From Horticoccus luteus (lineage in GTDB: Bacteria; Verrucomicrobiota; Verrucomicrobiia; Opitutales; Opitutaceae), in contig NZ_CP080507.1 of assembly GCF_019464535.1 (NCBI RefSeq), positions 4,140,001-4,172,000 on the forward strand: DNA of 32,000 nt. Reading direction: 5' to 3'. The stretch's first letter is position 1. Every line of letters begins with the position of its first letter. A program made the translations under genes and the position numbers. Positions 8,447-17,040 of the stretch are shown here, one piece after another. The notes beneath the pieces are model-generated. The model worked only from the letters and a program-made list of their open reading frames with translations. It did not search any database and was not told the DNA's origin.

Positions 8447-8499
8447 CTTGCCTGGTCGCCTGGTATTACCAGGGTGTTGCCTTGTATTACCAGGTTGTC
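8447..8499. promoter_or_regulatory. tandem 21-nt repeats carrying 15-nt palindromes (candidate operator) in the vsr / NTase divergent intergenic region
   Basis: Unit A is 8458..8478 GCCTGGTATTACCAGGGTGTT. Unit B is 8479..8499 GCCTTGTATTACCAGGTTGTC (18/21 identical). A partial unit GCCTGGTC lies at 8450..8457. CCTGGTA-T-TACCAGG (8459..8473) is a perfect palindrome, and the unit B copy (8480..8494) has one arm mismatch. The repeat is read directly from the sequence. The operator function is an inference. Confidence 0.5.
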
Positions 8500-8527
8500 C
8501 CGGCGAAGACGTCTCTCCTCTGTTGCG

Positions 8528-9136
8528 ATGAACAAACTTGCTCTTCTCTTTCATTCTGAAATTCGGGCGGAAATGCTCCGCCTCCTGTTTGGCGCGCGCC
8601 AGCGGGAAATGTATCGGGCCGAGCTCATTGGTCACACGCGGTTCGCCCAGCGTTCCGTGGAAGAGGAACTCGAAAAACTCGTCCGCCTCGAGCTGCTCAT
8701 CACCACGAAGGATGGCAACCGCCGCTACTACATCGCCAACCAGGCGCACCCCCTCTATCCTGAGCTGCGGAGCATTGTTCTGAAAACCTCCGGGCTCGTT
8801 GACCTTCTCGCCGAGGTTTTGCCGCCAAAAAAGATCACCGCTGCCTTCGTCTTCGGCTCGATCGCCGCCAAGAGCGAGCGGGCCGACAGCGATGTTGATT
8901 TGATGATCATCGGCGAGATCACCCATCGGACCCTCGCCTCCGCGATGCGGGCGGCGGCCGGGCGCATCGGCCGGGAAATCAACCCCCACTTCTTCACTCC
9001 GGCGGAATTCCGTCGCCGTCTGGCCGCGAAGGATCACTTTCTCGGCGACGTGATGGCGAAATCCAAACTCTTCATTATCGGAGGAGAAAATGAGCTTGGC
9101 GCACTGGTCCGCGGCCGGGTGGCTGCAACCGCATAA
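8528..9136 (+). CDS. winged-HTH + minimal nucleotidyltransferase (MNT-type) fusion protein
   Basis: From ATG 8528 the product reads MNKLALLFHSEIRAEMLRLLFG...YRAELIGHTRFAQRSVEEELEKLVRLELLITTKDGNRRYY, which is ArsR/wHTH-like. It is followed by AAFVFGSIAAKSERADSDVDLMIIGE, the Pol-beta NTase GS...DxD motif. The track ORF start at 8129 is an antisense artefact over vsr. Confidence 0.75.
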   Translation: MNKLALLFHSEIRAEMLRLLFGARQREMYRAELIGHTRFAQRSVEEELEKLVRLELLITTKDGNRRYYIANQAHPLYPELRSIVLKTSGLVDLLAEVLPPKKITAAFVFGSIAAKSERADSDVDLMIIGEITHRTLASAMRAAAGRIGREINPHFFTPAEFRRRLAAKDHFLGDVMAKSKLFIIGGENELGALVRGRVAATA

Positions 9137-9539
9137 GACCAGTCCCGCCGAAGTCCGCGACCTGTGGCAGATCGTCGATCGCGATCTGGCCGACGCCGCG
9201 TCGGGTGGCATCTCGGCCGATTGGCAATACGGCATCGCTTACAACGCCGCGCTGAAGCTCTGCACCATCCTGCTCTACGCCGAAGGTTGGAAACCGGCGA
9301 AAGGCGCGCTCGCCCACTCGCGCACGCTAGGTGCGCTGCCGCACATCCTCGGCGCCACTCGCCAAGGTGATGCCGACTATCTCGAAGGGTGTCGGCAGAA
9401 GCGCAACACCGTCGAATATGACTACGCCGGCGGAGCAACCAAGCAGGACGCCGAGGAGCTGATCGCCTTCGGCCACGAACTACGCGCGGGGGTGCTCGCA
9501 TGGCTTAAAAAGAAGCACCCGGTCTTGATGCCGGAGTAA
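9090..9539 (+). CDS. HEPN-like domain protein, partner of the upstream NTase
   Basis: 149-aa helical protein with HEPN-like helices (WQYGIAYNAALKLCTILLYAEGWK...HSRTLGAL) and CRQKRNTVEYDY where Rx4-6H is expected. GGAGGAG lies just upstream of the ATG. It overlaps the NTase gene by 47 nt, the usual NTase-HEPN pair arrangement. Confidence 0.55.
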   Translation: MSLAHWSAAGWLQPHKTSPAEVRDLWQIVDRDLADAASGGISADWQYGIAYNAALKLCTILLYAEGWKPAKGALAHSRTLGALPHILGATRQGDADYLEGCRQKRNTVEYDYAGGATKQDAEELIAFGHELRAGVLAWLKKKHPVLMPE

Positions 9540-9549
9540 GGATGGACCC

Positions 9550-11586
9550 TTAGCGCTCTGTCGCAGCACTGAACAACGTCACGATCTGCCGCACCTTCTT
9601 CGGCCCGAAGCCGGGCTTCATCTGAAGTTGCTTCCACGTCAGGGCAGCGACCTGCCCGACGATCCACCCGCCCGAATTCGGCGGATAGTCGCGGCCCATC
9701 CGCACCGCCAGGCCCATAATGGTGCGTTGGTCGCTGAGGAGGCTCTGCCGCGCCCGGTCCCACTCGCGTTCGACTGCCTCTAGATCGGAACGCGGCGCCA
9801 CAAACGCGTGCGCGCCCAGCGCTCTTTCCCAAGGCGCATCGAGGGCGATGGGTGTGCTATGGAACTTCTGCCACGTCTCCTCCTTTTTCGCCGCCTCGGT
9901 CGGATTGCCCGGCAGCGCCTTAATGTAAGCGAGTGCCTTCGCCCCGACACTCGTCAGCGCCGCGGCCAGCGTCTCCGGCACGCTCTGCCTTTCCCAGAGC
10001 TGATTCAGGTCAATGCGCCGCCCGGATTTTTCGACCAACCACGCCACGGTGTAGGCCACGGCCTGCGCCCGCAGACTGCCTGAGTCCTTCGGCGCCAGGC
10101 GCAACGCCGCTTTGAATAGAATCATCTTGGCCACAACCTGCTTGAAGTAGTTCACGTCGACGACCGGCTCGCCCTCGTCTTCGTGGCGCTGCGCCAGCTG
10201 GATGAAATTCTTCTCGGCACCACGGCACACGAGATGCGGCAATCCGGCCCAGAGTTGCTCATATTTGGCCAGATCGGTCTTTGTGAACTTCTGGATGGAG
10301 GGATTCTGCTTCTCCCAATCGCGAATCCGCGCCGGCGTCCCTTGGCGCATCTTGTCGTCGAGATAGGAACCGCGCGCCCGCTCGTAATACCAGTGCGTGC
10401 CTCGATCCAACCCGCTGACCGCGGGCGCCCAGACGGTGCGCGACAGTTTCTCCAACTCGAGATGGAAGCGCCCGTTGGCCGAGAAATCCGCCGCGTTCAC
10501 CTTGTTCTGGCTGTTGGCGTATTTCGAGATCAGCGGGACGATGTCGGCGACGCGCTCCGGATTGGTGAGCACGGTGAGCTTCACCTGCACGACCACGTGA
10601 CCGACGTCCGTCTTCTCGCGTTTCAGCGCGTGGAAGATGCTGGCGGTCGTCTGCCCGCCGTTGACGATCTGGAAATCCCGCACGGCCCGCAACCGCACGT
10701 GGCCGTCGCTCTTGGCGTCCACCTCGACCGACGCGGCGGTGCAGCACAGGCCGTTGTTGTAGGCGAGGAATCGGTGAGGCTCGTCTTGCAGCGTTTTTTG
10801 GAGGCCCTTGTTGATCTTCCCCTTCGCTTGGAGAAAGGCCCGCACGTTGCGCTCAAGCAGGCGCTGGCCGTGCTCGCCGTAGATGCGGGCGAGCACCGGG
10901 GCCGGCAGAAACGCGAGAAAGGTCCGGTATTCTCCAGTCGCATCGGCGGTCTCCAGCGCCGGCACCGGACCGCCGTAGGCGTTCACGAAATCCAGCTCGA
11001 TGACCTCACGCTCTCCCACTTGCAGCCGGCTGAGTTTGTCGAGGTCCCACATCACGTAGCGGAGTTCCAAGCCCTCGATCTGCTCCTGTTCGATCTCGAC
11101 CGATTTCACGACGCCGTCGGTGAGGAGGAAAAGCCGCGCCGTCGTCAGTGCCTCGCGGGCTTCGTAAATCTGGCGCGCCGCTTCGAACACCGGAAACGAC
11201 GGCTCCAGCTTTGTGTGCCAGCCATCCAACGCCCGGCGGAGAAAGCCGCGCAGGAGCTTGAACTGTTGCTCGGTGTCGGCGCGGGTAACCAGTGTCGGCG
11301 CATCCTCGTTGAGGTAGAGCGTGACGAAAAGGTCGAGCGTCGCGCCGTCGCCCGACAGGCTCCATGCGCTGAGCTTGGCCGCCGGCGTGCGACCGCGGGC
11401 CTGGTCCTCCCAAGCGCAGAGCGTGCCGTCGCTCGCCTCGTTGTGCTCGATCAGGTGCTCGAGCGCGACCGAGGTGAACGCTTCCGCCTGCAGCGGCGGC
11501 GTCCCGGTCTCGGGCTGACACTTGATGCGCACCTCTTCCTTGAGGTCGGCGGCAAACAATTCGAGGCGGGAGAGGGATTCGGTCAT
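9550..11586 (-). CDS. AIPR (abortive-infection phage resistance) family protein
   Basis: The 678-aa product contains HRFLAYNNGLCCTAASVEV...FQIVNGGQTTASIF...LISKYANSQNKVNAADFSAN, the characteristic AIPR core (NNG..T / IVNGxQT). It is the last gene of the operon, 24 nt after the preceding stop. Confidence 0.8.
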   Translation of the reverse strand: MTESLSRLELFAADLKEEVRIKCQPETGTPPLQAEAFTSVALEHLIEHNEASDGTLCAWEDQARGRTPAAKLSAWSLSGDGATLDLFVTLYLNEDAPTLVTRADTEQQFKLLRGFLRRALDGWHTKLEPSFPVFEAARQIYEAREALTTARLFLLTDGVVKSVEIEQEQIEGLELRYVMWDLDKLSRLQVGEREVIELDFVNAYGGPVPALETADATGEYRTFLAFLPAPVLARIYGEHGQRLLERNVRAFLQAKGKINKGLQKTLQDEPHRFLAYNNGLCCTAASVEVDAKSDGHVRLRAVRDFQIVNGGQTTASIFHALKREKTDVGHVVVQVKLTVLTNPERVADIVPLISKYANSQNKVNAADFSANGRFHLELEKLSRTVWAPAVSGLDRGTHWYYERARGSYLDDKMRQGTPARIRDWEKQNPSIQKFTKTDLAKYEQLWAGLPHLVCRGAEKNFIQLAQRHEDEGEPVVDVNYFKQVVAKMILFKAALRLAPKDSGSLRAQAVAYTVAWLVEKSGRRIDLNQLWERQSVPETLAAALTSVGAKALAYIKALPGNPTEAAKKEETWQKFHSTPIALDAPWERALGAHAFVAPRSDLEAVEREWDRARQSLLSDQRTIMGLAVRMGRDYPPNSGGWIVGQVAALTWKQLQMKPGFGPKKVRQIVTLFSAATER

Positions 11587-11610
11587 GGCAAGGTGAAAAA
11601 GGCCCCGAAA

Positions 11611-12630
11611 TCAGGCGGGGTGGACCAAGGCCGCCGCGAGTGCGTCGGGTGGAATGGCGAAGTCGGTGCACGCGGCGAGACTCAGCGCATAGCCAACCTC
11701 GCCGACGCCGTTCGGGAGGCCCGTCTCTACTATCCGTGGAAATCCCGGTGCCACCCGGTAGTCCTGCGTCTGCCGCACGGCGTAGCCGACGGAGCCGTAA
11801 CGGGGGGAGTGTTGATCGAGGTAGCCGGCGGCGAGCAGCGCATCCTCAAAATTTTCCCGTGCCTCCGGCCAGGCCGACAGCGACGCCCTCACTGCCGCCA
11901 CTTCGGCGGGTAGGGTAGCGGCTCCGCCTTCGTGCGCCTCCAGGGCCAGCACATGCAGGAAAAGCGCGGGCGCCAGCGTGTCGTCGAGCTGGCGCTCGCT
12001 CGCGATGCGCACGCTCTGCGGCTGCTTGGCCAGCGTGGTCTTCACCTCGATCCAAGCGCTGGGAAACTGAAAATCCTGGTGCGCGCCTTCCGGGCCTTTC
12101 CAGCCCGTCACCGCGGCGCCGCCGACAAGCGGGAGCAGCCGGGTGTGGAGAAAATGCAGCTCTCCCCACAGCCCGCGCTGCGCGGCGGGGTCGAGTCCAT
12201 CGCGCGCGCTGGCCAGGAAGCGCTGCCAGCGCCGGAGCTGACCGAGCAAAACGATGACCGCGGCGCTGGCGGTTGGCGCCTCTTCAACCCGCCAAGCAAG
12301 GTCGACGGCCAGAGCGTCGAAGACATCCGCGAACCGCGGCTCAGTCAGGGTCGCGCCGATATGAGGAACCCCGTCTATCACGACACAGGCGGGTGCGAGT
12401 GCGGAGAACTCCGGCCATTGGCGGCGTGCCGGTTGCTGTGCACCATCAAGAGGCAACAGGACAGCGCGCCGTCCCGTGCCGGCTTCACGGGCGGCAAACA
12501 GACTCCGGCCCGGCGTCGGGCGGCAGCGAATCAGCCACCAGCGCGAAGCGTCCGCTCCAGCGCTTGCCTCCAATTCCTTCCAAAGAGCGGAGAATCCGAT
12601 GGTCAGAGGCTCACTCATCGTAGGTATCAT
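11611..12630 (-). CDS. PD-(D/E)XK motif protein (DUF4420-like putative nuclease)
   Basis: The 339-aa product contains RGLWGELHFL...GWKGPEGAHQDFQFPSAWIEVKTT, i.e. D...E-x-K in the arrangement typical of the PD-(D/E)XK motif protein family found next to Z1/AIPR genes. The alternative start at ATG 12618 would give an 8-nt overlap with Z1 instead of 20 nt. Confidence 0.7.
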   Translation of the reverse strand: MIPTMSEPLTIGFSALWKELEASAGADASRWWLIRCRPTPGRSLFAAREAGTGRRAVLLPLDGAQQPARRQWPEFSALAPACVVIDGVPHIGATLTEPRFADVFDALAVDLAWRVEEAPTASAAVIVLLGQLRRWQRFLASARDGLDPAAQRGLWGELHFLHTRLLPLVGGAAVTGWKGPEGAHQDFQFPSAWIEVKTTLAKQPQSVRIASERQLDDTLAPALFLHVLALEAHEGGAATLPAEVAAVRASLSAWPEARENFEDALLAAGYLDQHSPRYGSVGYAVRQTQDYRVAPGFPRIVETGLPNGVGEVGYALSLAACTDFAIPPDALAAALVHPA

Positions 12631-15535
12631 CGTCCCTGATCATGGCGTCCCAGACGCGGTTCACCCGATACTCAACGCCGAGCACGGTTTCGCTCGCCGG
12701 AAAACTGAGAACAACGCCACTGACGGGATCACCATCGCGATTCAATCCCGTCGTGCGCGCGGGTCTTCCCTCGCCTTCGCTAACCTCCATAGGTGGCACC
12801 AGCGGATAGATCAAAAGCAGCCCGCGGCTCCGCGGTCGCAACACGCGGAGCACGCGGCCATAGGGCCGGGTCGTCTGTCCCTTATCGGGCGATCGCAACT
12901 TCGGCGGGTTGGTTGCCTGCCACCGCAACGTGAGCGCCAGCGCAACATCCCACGCATCCCGGCCGATGCAACCGGCGAGCCAATCGATGTCGTCGGCAAG
13001 GTCGGGTTTGCCCGAAATCTCAGCGAGCCACGCAGCGTCGAACAGCACGCCCCGAAAATCGAGAGCCTCATCGGCAGGGTTTTGGATGTTTGCTTTGCGG
13101 GCGAGCCAAGTGGTCTCGGTCTGGTCTTCGGCCGAGCGGGAAACAAGCCCGGTTTCCTGCCCGGCGATGGTCCGGCGATCTCTGGCCTCGGCGCTGCCCG
13201 AGCTCACCACGACGACCGTCCAGAGGGTGAGTTCTTTGTCGGGCTTGTCGGCTTGCTTCCGGATGAACTGAACCAGTTCGGCGCCCCCGGCGCGGGCCGC
13301 TTCGGGCGGGAAGCGCAGCTTGGAAAGAAACGCAGCGACCTCGGCGACTGGCACGTCTTTCCAGATGCGAGAGCTGGACCCCTGTTGCGTCGCAGGAGCG
13401 CCCAACCCCGTGAGAAATTGCTCGACGGCGCCGAGATTGGACGCGGTGACCGTGCCATCCTTGAAGAACTGCGTAGTCTGCACGAGCACACCGGCCCACG
13501 AGAGTTCCTGGACTCTGCTGTGGGACATCTTGTTCAGTGCCGTGACGATCATTCCCGCCGGATGGGTGCGGACGCGCAGGCCATATGTCTTGGGCGTCTG
13601 ACCGGTCGCTACCATGTGGTCGAACTCTCGGCGCAGTTCGGCTTCGGCGAGGGCGATGTGGCGATACCAGCGCATTAACTCCGAGGTGGTGAATAGCCGG
13701 CAGAGATCGACATATCCGGGCCGGTATCCGAACCACCGCCCCATTTGGAGTAGAGTGTCATACATTTTCGAGGCGCGCAGGAAGTAACTCACCGAGAGAC
13801 CCTCCAAGGTCAGGCCCCGCGATAACTTGTCGCCGCCGATCGCGATCACACTGCGGCCTTGCGCCTCGTGCGCCTTGTAGTCGAGAGGCGTCTGAGAGGA
13901 CGAATTGATGACCGCTACGTCGATCTTGGCCGCAGCCGCGTGTAGCTCTACATCCAACGCTTCCCATGTCACAGTCGGTTGAGCTTCGGACCCAAACTCC
14001 TCCGAGACCGGAACAAACTCTTCCGCCCATAGCTGCTTCAGTTCATCACGAAGAGTTGGCTGCCGTGCTCCGTCTCCGTCACGAAGCCTTCGCTGCAAGC
14101 CAATCAATTCATCCCTCACCAAACGGGCCGTGTGATTCTGCACTGGCTGGAAACGTGTGACGTGAACCAGCATCGAATTGTGCTTGCTCGATTGATTGCG
14201 CACGCGGCGCGCGGCGCAAATCAGGATGAAACAACGGATCGCTCGCGTGAGCGACTTGGGCGGATCTTTCGGGACGTGGTCGATCTTGTGTTTCGGCGGG
14301 AAGGCCGCCGCGTAGTCCGTCAAGCTCCTGACAATATTGAGACTCGGCTGGGCGGGAATCTCTCGGTCGGGATCGCCCGCCAAGCCGAATACCCGGGTCG
14401 GTCCCACGTAGTTCGAAGGCGCTTCAACGTTGATGATGAAGCTGCGCGGAAACAGATCGGCGCCATGCTTAGGAGACTCAGCGTCAGGATTGATGAATAT
14501 GTTCGCGAACGGCGTAGCTGTGTAGCCTACGTAGGCCGACTTCTCGAAGGCATCGAGTAGCGCGCGAATTCGCCCGTTAATAACGGACACATCCAGCTCC
14601 GGGTCTGCGCCGTCTTTGCTCTTGGTGTTGATGGATGCGTTGTCTGCTTCGTCGTCGATCAGCAGCAACGGCACATTGTGGATGACCGGTTTCTCGTTCT
14701 CGGAGGGTTGAGTTCCAGCGACGGCGGTCACCCATTCGTGCAGATTCTTGAGAACATGGCCGTTCTTTTTGACGACGAGCACGACGGGGTCGCTTCCAAG
14801 CATCACGTTTTGCTGAGAGGCGACTTTCTTGCTGAAATCGCCGTCTTCCGCACTGCTGGTGAGTGAGTGAATAGGATAGCGCTCACCAGCGTTTTTTCCG
14901 ACTCCGATCCAAAGACTGTTGGCACTCAGTTTTCGACTGTTGCGCGTATCGAAACCGGTGACACCCTCGTCGATTCGCAACTGGGTCTGGCTGCGCAAAT
15001 TGCTATGAATGCCAGCGAGAATGACGATTAGCTTATAGCCTGCGTCGATTGCTTTGCATATGAGCCCCGTATAATTGGCCGTTTTCCCTGACTGCACGCT
15101 TCCGACAACCATTCCCCGACGGTCCCACTGATCAGGCCGCGCGGGGTCTTCCAGGCGTTCTAGAACCTTGTCGGTGAGGCTGTGGAGACTGTTCACCACC
15201 GCGGGAGGAAGGCCGACTTCGCGCGCGAGATAGCGTTCGTAACGCGACCAGAAACGCCAGTCGATCTGGGCACGCCTATCCGGGAGCCACACTTTGTGTG
15301 CGTCGGGATCGTCGTCATCCAGCACCCCCACCGTTCCGGCTCTGACTGCGAACATATGGGCGAGTTCTGCCGTGAGTGTCTCCAAGTCCGGTGCCGGACC
15401 ACCAAAGAGAGTGGCTGCCTGTATAGCCTTCTGAGCGGTTTCCCGAATCTTCTCCAAAGTCCTGTCGGACTCTTTGCCGAGGATATCGGCGGCGAGATTG
15501 CGGGCGTTAGTGTGGTTTTGCGCAGCGTCAGGCAT
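12611..15535 (-). CDS. Z1 domain-containing P-loop NTPase (helicase-like)
   Basis: The 974-aa product has Walker A GSVQSGKTANYTGLICKAIDAGYKLIVILAGIHSNLRSQTQLR and Walker B/DEAD-like LLLIDDEADNAS. The Z1 signature is IAIGGDKLSRGLTLEGLSVSYFLRASKMYDTLLQMGRWFGYRPGYVDLCRLF. Confidence 0.85.
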   Translation of the reverse strand: MPDAAQNHTNARNLAADILGKESDRTLEKIRETAQKAIQAATLFGGPAPDLETLTAELAHMFAVRAGTVGVLDDDDPDAHKVWLPDRRAQIDWRFWSRYERYLAREVGLPPAVVNSLHSLTDKVLERLEDPARPDQWDRRGMVVGSVQSGKTANYTGLICKAIDAGYKLIVILAGIHSNLRSQTQLRIDEGVTGFDTRNSRKLSANSLWIGVGKNAGERYPIHSLTSSAEDGDFSKKVASQQNVMLGSDPVVLVVKKNGHVLKNLHEWVTAVAGTQPSENEKPVIHNVPLLLIDDEADNASINTKSKDGADPELDVSVINGRIRALLDAFEKSAYVGYTATPFANIFINPDAESPKHGADLFPRSFIINVEAPSNYVGPTRVFGLAGDPDREIPAQPSLNIVRSLTDYAAAFPPKHKIDHVPKDPPKSLTRAIRCFILICAARRVRNQSSKHNSMLVHVTRFQPVQNHTARLVRDELIGLQRRLRDGDGARQPTLRDELKQLWAEEFVPVSEEFGSEAQPTVTWEALDVELHAAAAKIDVAVINSSSQTPLDYKAHEAQGRSVIAIGGDKLSRGLTLEGLSVSYFLRASKMYDTLLQMGRWFGYRPGYVDLCRLFTTSELMRWYRHIALAEAELRREFDHMVATGQTPKTYGLRVRTHPAGMIVTALNKMSHSRVQELSWAGVLVQTTQFFKDGTVTASNLGAVEQFLTGLGAPATQQGSSSRIWKDVPVAEVAAFLSKLRFPPEAARAGGAELVQFIRKQADKPDKELTLWTVVVVSSGSAEARDRRTIAGQETGLVSRSAEDQTETTWLARKANIQNPADEALDFRGVLFDAAWLAEISGKPDLADDIDWLAGCIGRDAWDVALALTLRWQATNPPKLRSPDKGQTTRPYGRVLRVLRPRSRGLLLIYPLVPPMEVSEGEGRPARTTGLNRDGDPVSGVVLSFPASETVLGVEYRVNRVWDAMIRDDDTYDE

Positions 15536-17024
15536 CGGGGTGCTCCGGAGTTATTGTCGCGAGCAGCTCCGGGAACTGGTCGAAGGGTGGATGACTTGAA
15601 AGGCGTTGAATCGCTTCGTCGTGACCGCAGCCGATCGAGCGAAACGTCCGATAAAGTTCATCGAGCACTTCTTTCACTTGGGCCGCTGGCGTTCCCTCGA
15701 ACGGCTCAGGTTGTGAGCCGGGCTCTTCTGCGGCCGTGATGCCAATATGCTGGAGCGGGATCGACTCTTGAACCAAGGCGATCAACGCGCGCATGGCAGG
15801 CTTGTCGGATGTGCTCTCCAGCACCCGGCGCACCAGCGGATGCTCGTCATTGATCCGGTAAAATAAACGGTCGTGCTTCGCGAGGTGAAGCCATAGACGG
15901 TTGGTCGGACTGGAGTCAGCCGGTGCGGTCAACCGGGCGCCGCGATGGGTATAAACGTTTTTCGCCTCGGCACGCGTGCGCTCGGCGATGCGTTTCAAAT
16001 CGTCGCGCAGCGCGGCGGGCGGCGTGGCGCGAGACTTGGTTACATTGATCTGCCACTCGTGGTCGAGCGTGTTGGGTAGGTCGATCGCGATGCGCGCGAG
16101 CTTGAGATGCTCGTCCTTCGTCCAGCCAAAGCCGAGCCAGTCGCCGGCCACAAGGAGCCGGTCGCGGCGATAAACGTAGAATCCTTGGTGGGCGAGCCAG
16201 CCACGCGGGCCGGCTCCCGCTTCGTGCTCGATCTTGGAAAGTTTCGAGATGTGCGGCAGCACGTAGGCGCGCACCGGCACGCGCTCGCCGCCCAGCCGCA
16301 GCGGGTCGACCGGCAGGCGGTGGGTGGCGGGGTGATTTTCGAGAAACGGGTCCCATGGTTCGACCGCGCGGTCGTTGACGAAGAGCCGCACGGCGGAGGA
16401 CCCCGTCATAAGTCGGTGGAACACGAGACCGAGGTGGCTTCGCACGCCGTCGATGCGCTCGAGGAAGCGCTGTTGGTGGCGGTCGCTCTGCGGGTCTTGG
16501 CCGCGGGTCAGGCGGTCAAGCTGCTGCCAGAGCACCGTCGTGCCGTTCGGTTGATCGGCGAGTCGGGTAAAGCGCGGCTCCGCGGCGACATCGGCCGCGC
16601 GAAGGAGGCGCCAGTCGTCCGTGGCGGCGATGACGCCAAGATCCCAGCAGCGCGTCTCTACCGGGCTGGAGGCACGTCGGCTGCGCACGGTTAGGCGGCG
16701 GCATTGGGAGAGCGAGGCGGTCTTGAGGCCGAGGCCGAAGCGGCCGAGGTCATGCGGCGCACGTGCGGCGAGCGGACCGCGGGTGCCGAGTCGCATCGCC
16801 TCCACCAACTCGGCGGCGGACATACCGTCGCCATCGTCAGTCACGCTAACCGTAGAAGCATCGCCCGCCCACTCGAAGTGCAACCAGACGTGGCGTGCAT
16901 GGGCCGCGATACTGTTGTCCACCAAATCAGCCAGCGCGGTCGGTAGGTCGTAGCCGAAGGCGCGGAGACTTTCGACGATGGCCGACGCGTGCGGCGGGGT
17001 GCGGTCGAAGGCGTCCTCGGGCAT
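15528..17024 (-). CDS. GHKL-superfamily (MORC/MutL-like, HATPase_c_3-type) ATPase
   Basis: The 498-aa product has N-box ALADLVDNSIAAHA, G1 box VTDDGDGMS and G2 box GRFGLGLKTASLS. Its stop overlaps the Z1 start by 8 nt, and it starts 16 nt after the methyltransferase stop. Confidence 0.8.
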   Translation of the reverse strand: MPEDAFDRTPPHASAIVESLRAFGYDLPTALADLVDNSIAAHARHVWLHFEWAGDASTVSVTDDGDGMSAAELVEAMRLGTRGPLAARAPHDLGRFGLGLKTASLSQCRRLTVRSRRASSPVETRCWDLGVIAATDDWRLLRAADVAAEPRFTRLADQPNGTTVLWQQLDRLTRGQDPQSDRHQQRFLERIDGVRSHLGLVFHRLMTGSSAVRLFVNDRAVEPWDPFLENHPATHRLPVDPLRLGGERVPVRAYVLPHISKLSKIEHEAGAGPRGWLAHQGFYVYRRDRLLVAGDWLGFGWTKDEHLKLARIAIDLPNTLDHEWQINVTKSRATPPAALRDDLKRIAERTRAEAKNVYTHRGARLTAPADSSPTNRLWLHLAKHDRLFYRINDEHPLVRRVLESTSDKPAMRALIALVQESIPLQHIGITAAEEPGSQPEPFEGTPAAQVKEVLDELYRTFRSIGCGHDEAIQRLSSHPPFDQFPELLATITPEHPDA

Positions 17025-17040
17025 CGGCAGGGAAACAGAG

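Noticed and set aside
8396-9235. Upstream two thirds of the 423-aa minus-strand ORF 7964..9235
   Set aside because: Only the last 143 codons are Vsr-like. The remainder is low-complexity and antisense to the well-supported wHTH-NTase gene and the repeat region.
12621-12634. 14-nt exact inverted match: TAGGTATCATCGTC at 12621..12634 versus GACGATGATACCTA at 19009..19022, upstream of the C gene
   Set aside because: It was tempting as a second operator inside the operon. However, a 14-mer match somewhere within 32 kb on both strands is expected by chance a few times (about 10^9 position pairs / 4^14). The match does not extend, and the internal copy is in the opposite orientation relative to transcription.
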